Notes: generated by a model not told the origin, from the sequence alone. Numbered from the stretch's first letter, positions 30,470 through 40,804 are shown. The stretch: 64,000 nt of DNA from Candidatus Bathyarchaeota archaeon (GCA_963717465.1 OY970340.1:1408001-1472000), one strand, 5' to 3'. A program made the numbers and translations.

Positions 30470-30511
30470 ACGTGACAACGAACGACGAAAACGTGACAAC
30501 AAACGATGAAA
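30470..30511. repeat. 21-bp tandem direct repeat x2
   Basis: acgtgacaacgaacgacgaaa / acgtgacaacaaacgatgaaa (19/21). Confidence 0.85.
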
Positions 30512-30797
30512 AGCAATAAACAACTAAATGCTTATTTTATCTCAATTCTATTTTTTAAAGAAATAACTCAAAAACTACTCCTTAATAAAAGTTGGAAAAC
30601 AAAAACAAGCTTTCTGAAATTTCCAATCCTAGTTCTGAACATGAAGCTTTGAATAGGTGTTTGTAGTTTAAGGGTTTTGCTATTAAGGCTGCAAGTGTGC
30701 AGATGGCGTAAAATTGAGTAAATATGTAAAAATCTTAGAGGTCTTTCCAGTAAAGAGCGAGCAATTCGCTTTTTTGTTGATGCTGTCATTTTCTGGG

Positions 30798-30882
30798 ATA
30801 AAGTTTTTTGATAATTCATGATGTAATATTGATTTCGTTAAAAATATGATTCAATAGCTTAGAGGTTTAATAAACGGTAGTT
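30798..30882 (+). promoter_or_regulatory. Conserved promoter/leader, copy 2
   Basis: ATAAAGtTTTTTG, gtaatattgatttc, AAAAATA and AGAGGTTTAATAAAC (30861-30875). Confidence 0.7.
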
Positions 30883-31260
30883 ATGTATTCGTTCAATGGA
30901 GACCCTTTCAGTTTTATGGATAGAGCAAGTTTGATAAGGTTACGCCTGAGCGCAATGCGCGCCGGCGTCTGGTTTAGACGCTTGCCACGAATAGACCGTG
31001 TACTCGTTGAATTAACTATAAGAGTTGCAAGAGCCAAAATTCTTGGCGCTTCGCTGATTCATCGGCTTTTTGCTGTTGTATCCAAGCTAAAGGGTCTTCT
31101 TGAAAACAAGCTTTCCCTTATGATAAAACAGTATGGTGTGCCGCTAGCAAACAAGATATGTTGTTTGGCGCAGAAATGGGGCAACGTTACGGCAAAGGCA
31201 TGGGTTGACGATTTAGAGTTTGCCCGATACCTAGCTGCTTTGAAGCTTAATTCTAATTAG
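30883..31260 (+). CDS. Uncharacterised basic helical protein, paralog 2 of 3
   Basis: About two-thirds identical to 12245-12625 by hand alignment. Confidence 0.85.
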   Translation: MYSFNGDPFSFMDRASLIRLRLSAMRAGVWFRRLPRIDRVLVELTIRVARAKILGASLIHRLFAVVSKLKGLLENKLSLMIKQYGVPLANKICCLAQKWGNVTAKAWVDDLEFARYLAALKLNSN

Positions 31261-31510
31261 CTAAATCATGAATATTAGCGAAGCCAAAAATGTGAAACGT
31301 CTTTGGAAAACCATATTTAGTGCAGTTTTGATGGCTATTTTTATGGTTGTTTACGCTTGGATTTTGAATAACAGAATTGAAATATTAAGTAATTACTATT
31401 TGTGTTCTTATTTTTTCGATTTCGCAGGCTATTTATTATCGGCGGTAGCATCCATTTGCTGAGTGACTTGAGCAAGTGCTCCATTCTGATTATACATCGG
31501 TGCTTGACTA

Positions 31511-31600
31511 ATGTCTAAACGATTTGTTTCTCTTATAATTCATTGCAAGAATACCAATGTTTATACCAGAGAATGTGTTAAACAGTGCGAACAGCTAGCT
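31511..31600 (+). pseudogene. Decayed N-terminal copy of the GT2 gene at 13473
   Basis: MSKRFVSLIIHCKNTNVYTRECVKQCEQL vs MSSKPSVSIVIPCKNIDAYTKECIDQCKRL. Confidence 0.75.
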
Positions 31601-31708
31601 AAAAATGCAATCGTTGATAGTGAAAGGATGATGAGTGCACTTCCTATCCTTAACAAACTCAAAATTGGATGTCATAGAACAAACTTGCCATCTTAAAGAG
31701 GTTTTAAA

Positions 31709-32602
31709 GTGAAGATACTTGTAACTGGCGGCGCTGGAATGCTGGGAAGTTCTTTATGCCCTACGCTCTCGAAAAGGCAACACGAAATTTTTATTACCGA
31801 TTTAGCCCCACCTAATACACAAATTGAGCACTTGGATGTTAGAAACTTAAAGCAAATAGAAGAAATGGTGACAAAAGTAAAACCTGACGTAATAATGCAT
31901 TTAGCCGCTGAAACTGATGTTGATAAGTGCGAACTTGAGCCGGATACTGCATTTCTCACAAATACTATAGGGACTAAAAATGTTGCTTTAGTGTGCCAAA
32001 AACGAAAAATTGAACTGGCATACATAAGCACTGTCGGAGTATTTTATGGGGATAAACATGAACCCTACACAGAATTTGACGAACCAAATCCAATTAACTT
32101 CTATGGCAGAAGCAAACTCGAAGGCGAAAAGATAGTCCAAAATTTGTTAAAACATTATTACATCGTGCGAGCTGGCTGGATGTTTGGTGGGGGTCCAACA
32201 AGAGACAAAAAATTCGTAGGAAAAATCATTAAACTAATTTCTGAAACCAAAAATCTCAAGGTGGTTAATGATAAAATAGGAAGCCCAACATATACTGTGG
32301 ACTTTTCCGAATGCTTGGCAGATTTAATTGAAACTGGCTATTATGGCCTCTATCATTTTACGAATAATGGAAGCGGTTCTAGATTCGATGTAGCTAAGAA
32401 GATTGTAGACTTTCTGGGCAAATCCGACGTGATGATCGAACCCGTGAGTTCCGCATGTTTTCCACTACCCGCTACTAGGGCAAACTCAGAGATGTCGAGA
32501 AACTATAAGCTGGAACTTCTAAAAATGGGTACGACAAGGACTTGGGAAGAAGCCCTTGAAGACTACATCGAAACATATTGGAAAAAATATCCTAACCTAT
32601 AG
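31709..32602 (+). CDS. rmlD: dTDP-4-dehydrorhamnose reductase family (extended SDR)
   Basis: VTGGAGMLG, HLAAETDVDKCE, YGRSK (YxxxK) and DKIGSPTY. Confidence 0.88.
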   Translation: MKILVTGGAGMLGSSLCPTLSKRQHEIFITDLAPPNTQIEHLDVRNLKQIEEMVTKVKPDVIMHLAAETDVDKCELEPDTAFLTNTIGTKNVALVCQKRKIELAYISTVGVFYGDKHEPYTEFDEPNPINFYGRSKLEGEKIVQNLLKHYYIVRAGWMFGGGPTRDKKFVGKIIKLISETKNLKVVNDKIGSPTYTVDFSECLADLIETGYYGLYHFTNNGSGSRFDVAKKIVDFLGKSDVMIEPVSSACFPLPATRANSEMSRNYKLELLKMGTTRTWEEALEDYIETYWKKYPNL

Positions 32603-32800
32603 CAATAGTGTGAATTATTCATCATCAATTTCAAAGTTACTCCAGACATTCAAATGACTTTTAATAATATTTTAATGGTTGAAGTCATAGGTATTGCTTT
32701 AAGACAGAAAAGATCAATTAGAAAATATATATGTTGATTTTTTTTATCTATCCATAATTTGGCATTTGAAAGGAGAGGGTGAAGAAAAATAAAGGTTTTT

Positions 32801-33901
32801 TTGTTATCCAGGAAAGCCTACGATAACGGAGAGCGTGATTATTTTGTATTTGGAGGCATGCACAGATATATTTTTGAACTTTGTAATGGATTGCTTAAGC
32901 AAAGAGTTAGCTTGGAATGCTTAACACAAAGCTTTAGAGCAAAACCATTCGGATCGGCATCGAGTGTATTGTTTTATGATTTTGGTATTTTCTTTCCCCT
33001 ACTTAAGAGATTAAAGAGGAAACCTGATGAAGTATTTCATGCAGTCTTTCCAGAGCAAGGTCTGTTTTTTCCTTTGCTTAGGAATAAGAATAGCGTAGTG
33101 ACATTTCATCACCTATCAGATTTCGAGAGCGCCGATGGGATTTATGGGTTGATTTATTGCCTGTATGAGTGGGTTTCTTATAAGATAGTTGCAAAATATG
33201 CAACAAAAATAATTGCGGTGTCTAGCTTAACTAAGGATGAGTTGATTTCACGGTTGGGCGTCAATCAAGATAAGATTTCAGTTATATCACAGGGCATAGA
33301 TGACAGATTTAAGCCTAAAGACAAATTCGATGACAAAGACTTCTTTATTGTTGGATCTATAGGCGGGTTAGGTAAAAGAAAGGGCATGGATTTTATGATA
33401 AGTACAATCCATTCATTTGTAAAAAAATACCCTAATGTTAAAGTTAAATTTAGAATTTATGGAAGAGGAAGCCAGCAAGGTATGATAAAAAATACTATCA
33501 GAAGTTTAGGATTAGAAGAAAAAGTGGAACTCGAAGGTTACGCAGAAGAATCTGCCTTACCAGAAATTTACACTTCCTTTGATGTTTTTCTATTTTGTAG
33601 TACCCTTGAAGGCTTTGGTTTTCCAATATTGGAAAGCCAAAAGTCAGGAGTGCCCGTATTGTTGAGGAAGGCTCTGAGAATCCCAAAAGAAGTATCAGAG
33701 TGTGGTGTAAAATGTACAAGCGTAGAGGATATGGCGGATAAACTTTTTACTCTGCTAAAGGATAAAAAACTTTATAGCCAAATTCGCCAAAGAGGAATAA
33801 AATATTCTGAAAGATTTACGTGGGAGAATTGTGCTAAAGAAACTATTAAGGTATACAAAGAACTTAGTTGGAAGCCTATTCAAGAAAAAGCGAAGGATTA
33901 A
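32801..33901 (+). CDS. GT4 glycosyltransferase
   Basis: RKGMD, EGFGFPILE and FTWENCA. Confidence 0.9.
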   Translation: MLSRKAYDNGERDYFVFGGMHRYIFELCNGLLKQRVSLECLTQSFRAKPFGSASSVLFYDFGIFFPLLKRLKRKPDEVFHAVFPEQGLFFPLLRNKNSVVTFHHLSDFESADGIYGLIYCLYEWVSYKIVAKYATKIIAVSSLTKDELISRLGVNQDKISVISQGIDDRFKPKDKFDDKDFFIVGSIGGLGKRKGMDFMISTIHSFVKKYPNVKVKFRIYGRGSQQGMIKNTIRSLGLEEKVELEGYAEESALPEIYTSFDVFLFCSTLEGFGFPILESQKSGVPVLLRKALRIPKEVSECGVKCTSVEDMADKLFTLLKDKKLYSQIRQRGIKYSERFTWENCAKETIKVYKELSWKPIQEKAKD

Positions 33902-33990
33902 AAATAAACTTATTTCTCTGAACGGATACTCTCAGCTAAGATTTGGGTTAAAGCAAACATTAAGTTTTCTAATTGGCGAGTAGATAAAAA

Positions 33991-36900
33991 TTGAGTTTAC
34001 TTGGCAGTATCAAGAGTTTTTATGAAAAACATCCCCTTCGAACTAATTTAGCCATTTTGGTGGCTACAATTATTGCGTTAACACTTCCGTATTTATTGGA
34101 TTACAAGTTACCTTTCGGCTTTATGAGTGACCTATCAAGCGAGTATAAATGGTTTCTTGAAGTCACTCTTTTCTTGAAAAAAGGCGAAATATTGCCACTT
34201 TCTTGGGATGTTCTATATTCTAGCGCAAATTACTCTTTAAACATTTATTCAATGTTTCACTATTTGTTTTTCGTAATTTTCAATGGCAATACCGTTTACA
34301 CATATAAAGTGTACATAATTTTTGAAATTTTTGTTTGTGGTCTTTCTATGCTTTTTGTGTCTTACAAGTTGTCTGGACATCGATTCGGTAGTTTGCTTGC
34401 AGCCATTTTCTATATACTGACGCCGTATTTTCTATACGAGCTAACGGCTCACATTTATTATTTATGGGGGTATGCGCTACTTCCATTAGCCTATTACTTG
34501 ATTTACCTTGCGTTAATTAATAAAAGCATTAAATTTGCCATTTTAGCTGGACTAGCTTTAGTTGCCGTCACAATTTTTGCTACTACAGAGCTAATTTATG
34601 AAAACGGAATACCTCTCGCTATATTTTCATTGCTAATCATAATTTTTCATTTTAACCCAAAAAACATAAAAAAGGAAACCAAAACCGTTTTGGTAAGAAT
34701 TGGATTACTTTTAATCGTTATAATAGTAACGCTTTTACTATCAGCTTACATAATTGTTGGGACTTACACGTCTTCTGGTGTTCCCGCAACAAATACGTTC
34801 TCCCAATATCAACAGTTAAGCGCTTACTCAAACAACTTTTGGCAGTCTTTTTTCCTTCTTCCAACCAATTCCACTTTTTCAAACACTTTTATTCCTGTTG
34901 TAATACTCCTGCCAATCCTTTCAGTAATTCTATTATTTTTTGAACGAAAGAAGCTTTACTACATTACGCTCATCACTGGTTTATTTGCGGTAGCATTAAG
35001 CGTTGGCATTAATACGCCTTTATGGGTTGCTTTGACAAGGTTCTTGCCCATTTTTAATGATATACAAGTGGCCTATCGTTTTTTGATAACCGTCAGCATG
35101 GTGTTTTCCATGATGGCAGGAATTTCAATAGACGTAATTCTAACAAAGCTTTTCCATATGTATCAAGCTCGACCAAAATTTACTCAAAAAAACAGGATTA
35201 ATAAAATAAAGCTTTTCCATAAAAATCGCGAAAACAATAGCCATGGGTTTCAGTCATTAATTTGGCATTCTAAAATCAAAATATTACTCGCTTTAGCGAT
35301 AATTATTATTATCCTTATACCCATCTCATACGTATTTTTTGAAGCCAATCTCGCCTATAGCAATATTGGTCCACTTACAAGTTATGAACCACAAATCAGT
35401 CCCCAAGACTCGTACGTTGTTCAGCTAAATCCATCTTTCTATTCGGCAATAGAAAATTGGTTAGACAACGCAGACCCTCAACACACTTATAGAGTAATTG
35501 ATTTAGCATCTCCGGATGGAAAATTATTCTCATTTGATCAAAGCGCATTTGATTATTTGTATTCGGTCGACCTTTTCTTCACATATTATCAATCGCCATC
35601 CTTCGCTCAAATTCTTTCTCAATTTGGCGTCAAGTATATCGTTTGCTTGAACAATACCCAAGGTTTCCTAGGCAATGATATAGGGAATGAAATTTCTTTT
35701 GCAGAAATTAATAATGTTTTGTCTAACTCTTCTAATTTTAAAGTAGCTTACCAACTTGAAAATGTAGTTATCTACGAGAATAAACTTACAATGCCATGGA
35801 TCTATTTAGCATCTGGAGTGCTAACTGTTGGAGGCCCTCAAGCTTTATCACTTTTTGACACACTAAACACTACACAAAACTGGACTCTTATTTACGCAGA
35901 TCAGCTTTCAAATGATCAACTTCAAAACTTCAGCAGCTTCAAAACAATTTTGTTTGAAGACACAGATATTACAGACCTAGCGTTGATGAAAATAAATAAT
36001 TTCATTGACCCATCAAATTATATTGACATAGAAAACCCTGACGGCTGGCAAATAGTTCGAACCTATAGCTTCACAGTTGATCATCCGTTTTTAAGGGTTC
36101 AAAACGCGAAAGATGGAGAGATGGGATTCTCAAACTATTTTGCATACACTGATGAAACTGCGAGTCTAAGAATGCCTATCAGTGTGACGCAAACTGGAAA
36201 CTATAGCATCTGGATACGAGTGTTAGGCACATCAAATGACTCGATTTCATTAACTATAGATTCGGGTCAAACAGCAACGGCAAGTCTTACCAATGCTTCG
36301 GGTTTCCAATGGATTAAAATAAGCGCGTATCTTGAAAAGGGTACTCATCAGCTTTTGATACAAAATGATCAGCCAATTTCCCTTTATCTAGACGTGGTCT
36401 CTTTAGTCTCACAACAACAACTTCAAAGTCAAATTGATCAATTAACTACAATGATAAACCAAGCAGGTTTGAACACTCTTTACCTCTTAGATTGTGCCAA
36501 TTTCTTTTCTGGTCAAAACACTTATGACACCCAAGAGATGTCCTCTTTTGCCTCGGCTGAAAATTCTGGAACATTACTAATGGAACCGAACTCAACAGCA
36601 ACTGCAAATTTATACTTTGCAACTGACGGAAACTATACTTTAGGTCTCAGATTAGTTGCACCCTCAGGAAACATCAAAATATTACTCGACAATACCACAA
36701 TTTATCAGGGGTCTATCACATCGAGCACCGCAAACTGGGTTTGGCTCACAATTAATTCAGTATTCATTAGCACAGGCGATCATACGATAACAATTGAAAA
36801 TTCAATTAATGATAGCAACTTAGATTTCATGTATATCTCGACAACTGCAAACACCGAAACCGCAATTGCTCAAAACCTAAATTCGTCGTCAACTTCGATC

Positions 36901-37272
36901 GAATCATATTCCCCTATCCTATTTCCTGAAGACAACATAGGAACGGTTAATTTTACTCAAACAGGATTGCTAAATTGGGCAGGAAATGTGAAGGCAAATG
37001 AAACAGCGTTCCTTGTATTTTTGGAATCTTATGTCCCAGATAGATGGTTTGCACAAATAGAAAACTACTCTTTATCGGACACCCCTTTACCAGCTAATTA
37101 CATTTTTAACGCTTTTCCGATAAATCTGACAATAAGTCAATTCGAGATTTCGTATTCTCAACCGTTATTGATAACAACAAGTCAGTTAGTTTCTGCCATT
37201 AGTGGGATAATAGTTGCATCAACGATAGTTATGATTTATTTTGAAATACGCCGTGATAAAAAACAAAAATGA
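33991..37272 (+). CDS. Large multi-TM protein, GT-C/YfhO-like, with two CBM-like beta-sandwich inserts
   Basis: N-terminal TM bundle; VKYIV and VVIYENK; repeated GNYSIWIR..FQWI..GTHQLLI / GNYTLGLR..WVWL..GDHTITI; C-terminal TM. Confidence 0.7.
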   Translation: MSLLGSIKSFYEKHPLRTNLAILVATIIALTLPYLLDYKLPFGFMSDLSSEYKWFLEVTLFLKKGEILPLSWDVLYSSANYSLNIYSMFHYLFFVIFNGNTVYTYKVYIIFEIFVCGLSMLFVSYKLSGHRFGSLLAAIFYILTPYFLYELTAHIYYLWGYALLPLAYYLIYLALINKSIKFAILAGLALVAVTIFATTELIYENGIPLAIFSLLIIIFHFNPKNIKKETKTVLVRIGLLLIVIIVTLLLSAYIIVGTYTSSGVPATNTFSQYQQLSAYSNNFWQSFFLLPTNSTFSNTFIPVVILLPILSVILLFFERKKLYYITLITGLFAVALSVGINTPLWVALTRFLPIFNDIQVAYRFLITVSMVFSMMAGISIDVILTKLFHMYQARPKFTQKNRINKIKLFHKNRENNSHGFQSLIWHSKIKILLALAIIIIILIPISYVFFEANLAYSNIGPLTSYEPQISPQDSYVVQLNPSFYSAIENWLDNADPQHTYRVIDLASPDGKLFSFDQSAFDYLYSVDLFFTYYQSPSFAQILSQFGVKYIVCLNNTQGFLGNDIGNEISFAEINNVLSNSSNFKVAYQLENVVIYENKLTMPWIYLASGVLTVGGPQALSLFDTLNTTQNWTLIYADQLSNDQLQNFSSFKTILFEDTDITDLALMKINNFIDPSNYIDIENPDGWQIVRTYSFTVDHPFLRVQNAKDGEMGFSNYFAYTDETASLRMPISVTQTGNYSIWIRVLGTSNDSISLTIDSGQTATASLTNASGFQWIKISAYLEKGTHQLLIQNDQPISLYLDVVSLVSQQQLQSQIDQLTTMINQAGLNTLYLLDCANFFSGQNTYDTQEMSSFASAENSGTLLMEPNSTATANLYFATDGNYTLGLRLVAPSGNIKILLDNTTIYQGSITSSTANWVWLTINSVFISTGDHTITIENSINDSNLDFMYISTTANTETAIAQNLNSSSTSIESYSPILFPEDNIGTVNFTQTGLLNWAGNVKANETAFLVFLESYVPDRWFAQIENYSLSDTPLPANYIFNAFPINLTISQFEISYSQPLLITTSQLVSAISGIIVASTIVMIYFEIRRDKKQK

Positions 37273-37464
37273 GTGAAATACTTTGTTATGCTATTGTTTC
37301 AGATTTATTTAATATAATACGCCTCATACGATGGATTAACAGCATATTATTTTTTAACGCTAAATCATATGACATTAGATGGATTACTTAAATTTTAACC
37401 CAATCATCGGAAAATTATCATTGTAAAATAAAAAATAATAATATAAATGGGGTTAAACAAATCA

Positions 37465-38475
37465 TTAAAATTTATCTCTTGGGCGTGTCACGCTAAAAGT
37501 TATTGTTGATTTTTCTAGCAGTACATTTGGGGCATCAGTTGGATGCTCTTCAAGTACTAATTGAAGTTCTTTCAACGATATATTCGAGAAATACAAAGGC
37601 AAATTAACTCCGCTTTTACTGTATAAAGAACGAACTATTCTGTTTTTCTTCACTTTGTCCTCGAAGATAGCGAATCTGACCATGAAGTCATTTTCCTGCA
37701 AGATTTTAAAAATTTCATTTAATTTATTTCTTGAGAGAAAAACTGGATGCAATTCAACAAGAATTTTAATATCACATTTAAGTGTCTTAGGCATTCCTTT
37801 TAGTATTTCATATTCATAGCCTTCAACATCCATACGAATAAGTTTCGGTGTTAACTTTTCTTCTAGAAAAGTGTCAACCGTTTGTTCAGAGACTGGTTGA
37901 ACGTCTAAAATTTTTCCTCCAGCAGACTCTTTATTCATAGAGCTTAAGTTAGATGCGCTAGAAACATAAACTGTGGATTCTCTATTTTGACCTCCGAAGG
38001 CTAATTGGTAAATCTTCACATTTTTTAAATTATTTAACTTAACATTAATTTTTAATAATTCTATGGTGCTTTTGACTGGTTCTACTGCGTATACGGTTCC
38101 TTTTGTCCCAACAAGTTTGGATTCGATTAGTGTATAGTAGCCTATATTGGCGCCAGCATCTAACACTACATCGCCTTCTTTAATGATGCCATCATGGATT
38201 AAGTGGTCCGTGCAAATGCACTCTCTTTTTTTATATAAGTATAAATCTCTGTGTATAGTGCCTTTTTTTGGATAAAGTATCATTTTGGAATTGTTTACCG
38301 TCACAATGACGCTGCCTTTAGGCAGGTATTTTAACCATAAAAGAAATATATCGAGGAATGCTGCAATTGTCACAGAAACCTTTTCTTTAAAACTCTTGGA
38401 ATTAAACGATTTAATTATTATGTAAGGGGAAGTAACCATTTTTATAGTTGGTCCGTACTTTACAGCAGCATTCAA
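37465..38475 (-). CDS. FkbM-family methyltransferase
   Basis: DAGANIGYY, VEP and RMDVEGYE. Confidence 0.9.
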   Translation of the reverse strand: MNAAVKYGPTIKMVTSPYIIIKSFNSKSFKEKVSVTIAAFLDIFLLWLKYLPKGSVIVTVNNSKMILYPKKGTIHRDLYLYKKRECICTDHLIHDGIIKEGDVVLDAGANIGYYTLIESKLVGTKGTVYAVEPVKSTIELLKINVKLNNLKNVKIYQLAFGGQNRESTVYVSSASNLSSMNKESAGGKILDVQPVSEQTVDTFLEEKLTPKLIRMDVEGYEYEILKGMPKTLKCDIKILVELHPVFLSRNKLNEIFKILQENDFMVRFAIFEDKVKKNRIVRSLYSKSGVNLPLYFSNISLKELQLVLEEHPTDAPNVLLEKSTITFSVTRPRDKF

Positions 38476-39216
38476 AGTCCAAATAAAACTTTTCGGATAG
38501 AACAGTAAAAAATTACATTTGAACGATTAAGAAGCTGATAGTTTTTGGATTCTTATGTATAAATGCGAGCTAAAAGAAATTCGCCATGTTGCTTGCATAC
38601 TTATGCCCGTTGCTCTCCATCCGCAGAAACGCCATCCTTATTGGTCATTATGGGGTATGCCCAACAGTACTTCTGTAGACTCAACCAAATCTGCTCCTGC
38701 TGCTTAATAGTAGCACTGTTTGGGTTCTGTTCGTCTGATTGCAAAAGCGTCATCTTCCCGCAAAGGCAAATAGACGTCTGGCACTTTAATTGACTTTTTT
38801 TCTCCATTAGCTATCTCTGCTTTAATCTTCTTTTCTCCAACTATTCTATTAATCCAGTTCCAAAAATCCTGCCTTTCACTTTCTAGCCACTTCCTGACCC
38901 TCTCTAAGCATTCCATCAATTCCTTCTTGAAATGTGCATGATGAATCCTAAAATTACCACTGCTCAACCTCATTCAGCATAAGCATGCCAGCTAATCTTC
39001 GAGTTTTTCTGATTTTGGTGGCTCTCAAGATGTGCAAAACTGTCGGCTTACCATGCCTGTTGTTGGATGTTAATTAGTCTGCTTTTTGTCTTTTTTATTG
39101 TAATTTTTTGGTTACCATTTGTCTGCCTAAATGTATTTTTTATAAGATTTTTTAAAAATTAAGTAAAAAATTTACTATATGTCATAAATTTCTAATTATT
39201 ATTATGGTTTATTCAG

Positions 39217-39288
39217 ATAAAGGTTTTTAAATATAATCAATAGATTCAGTAAAAATAACTCAATAGCATAGAGGTTTAGTCAACGACA
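39217..39288 (+). promoter_or_regulatory. Conserved promoter/leader, copy 3
   Basis: ATAAAGgTTTTTAA, AAAAATA, caatagc and AGAGGTTTAGTCAAC (39270-39284). Confidence 0.65.
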
Positions 39289-39339
39289 ATTAGGAATCCA
39301 TCCCAAGGAGATACTTCTAGTTCTCTGGAGAGAGCTAAT

Positions 39340-39669
39340 TTGATAAAGTTGCGGCTGAGGGCAATGCACGCCGGCGTCTGGTTTAAACGATTATCGCGAA
39401 TAGATCGTGCTCTTGTTGATTTAACGATAAGAGTTGCAAAGGTCAGAATTTATGGCGCTTCACTGGTTCATCGACTTCTCACTGTTACGTCCAAACTTGA
39501 GGATCTTCTTGAAAGCAAACTTTCCCTGATGACAAAGCAAATCGGTATGCCACTGACAAGCAAACTGGGTACTTTAGCGCAAAAATGGGGCAATGCAGCG
39601 GCAAAGTTGTGGATTAACAATCCAGAGTTTGCAAGGTACCTAACTGTCATGAAGCTTAATGCTAACTAA
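39340..39669 (+). CDS. Uncharacterised basic helical protein, paralog 3 of 3
   Basis: About 78% identical to copy 1 by hand alignment. The frame stays open to an ATT at 39289 where copy 1 has ATG. Confidence 0.8.
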   Translation: MIKLRLRAMHAGVWFKRLSRIDRALVDLTIRVAKVRIYGASLVHRLLTVTSKLEDLLESKLSLMTKQIGMPLTSKLGTLAQKWGNAAAKLWINNPEFARYLTVMKLNAN

Positions 39670-39825
39670 TTAAATCATCATTATTCCAGGTAAAGCGTCT
39701 TTTGATTGTTGCTAAGTTAAAAATGAACAAAGGATTACGGTCATTTCAAGAATTGGCTAAGCAGAAAGGAATCGATTCATTCCACTATCCAACTCTTGAA
39801 TCAGTAAAATTCGAAGTAGCAACAT

Positions 39826-40788
39826 TTGGTTATAAATAGCGAAATACTAGTCAAAGCAACATTAAGTACTAGAGAACCAAGTACTCTGATTTCAAAGATA
39901 ACAAAGAATGACGTAACAGTTGTCATTCCCGTCAAGAATGAAGAATTAGCCATCAGCTTAGTACTGGACGAACTTTCCCAAGAAGGATATGAAAACATTC
40001 TTGTTATCGATGGTTACTCTACAGATAAAACCATCGAAATCATCAAGCAAAGAAGAAGCATAGCCTTGCTTCAGCAACATGGTAAAGGCAAAACCGCTGC
40101 AATACGAACGGCTATTGAAAACGTTACAACATCCTACATTTTGGTCCTTGATGGAGATTTCACTTACCCGGCAAAAGACATCCAGCGCTTACTCAACCAT
40201 TCAAGCAGTTATGCTCACATAATAGGCGTTAGGGACCAAAAAAATATCAGCTTATTTCACAGGCTCGGAAACTGGATAATAACTAAATCTTTCAACCTTC
40301 TGATGAATAGTCACCTCTCAGACATTTGTTCAGGAATGTATCTTCTAAGAACCGACGTAGCCCGTAACCTGGAATTATGCTCTAGAAACTTTGCTACGGA
40401 AGTAGAAATAGCCGCCCAAACAGTAGCCGATTACGAAGTAACCGAGGTCCCTATTGGGTATAGATCCAGAATAGGCAAAGCAAAACTTTCATGGCGCAAC
40501 GGCTTTGGAATCTTATCATCCGTTGTCGGCCTCGCAAGAAAATACAATCCAGTACTACTTTACTCAGCGATATCCATCCTATCCATAATCCCAGCGTTCA
40601 CCCTCCTAATTTGGGCAGCTCTTAGCAAATTAACAACAGGAGTTTGGCACAGCGGCTGGGCACTACTCGGTGTAATGCTCCTACTCTTCTCTTCTCAAGC
40701 TTTTGCAATCGGAAGCTTGGTTATTCTAATAAAAAGAACTGAAAAAAGATTAATTCAACGCATTGAAAGAGTGAGAAAGAACGAGTAA
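39826..40788 (+). CDS. GT2 polyprenol-phosphate glycosyltransferase-like protein with two C-terminal TMs
   Basis: VIPVKNEE, DGYSTD, LDGDFTYP, DICSG and FATEVE. Confidence 0.88.
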   Translation: MVINSEILVKATLSTREPSTLISKITKNDVTVVIPVKNEELAISLVLDELSQEGYENILVIDGYSTDKTIEIIKQRRSIALLQQHGKGKTAAIRTAIENVTTSYILVLDGDFTYPAKDIQRLLNHSSSYAHIIGVRDQKNISLFHRLGNWIITKSFNLLMNSHLSDICSGMYLLRTDVARNLELCSRNFATEVEIAAQTVADYEVTEVPIGYRSRIGKAKLSWRNGFGILSSVVGLARKYNPVLLYSAISILSIIPAFTLLIWAALSKLTTGVWHSGWALLGVMLLLFSSQAFAIGSLVILIKRTEKRLIQRIERVRKNE

Positions 40789-40804
40789 GTCAATAAAAGT
40801 TTCA

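Noticed and set aside
38563..39060. Overlapping short minus-strand ORFs (38601-38807, 38704-38973)
   Set aside because: Probably a decayed gene, but no family is recognisable.
12164..39669. Invertible-promoter phase variation
   Set aside because: The repeats are all direct, no inverted pairs flank the promoters, and no recombinase is in the window.
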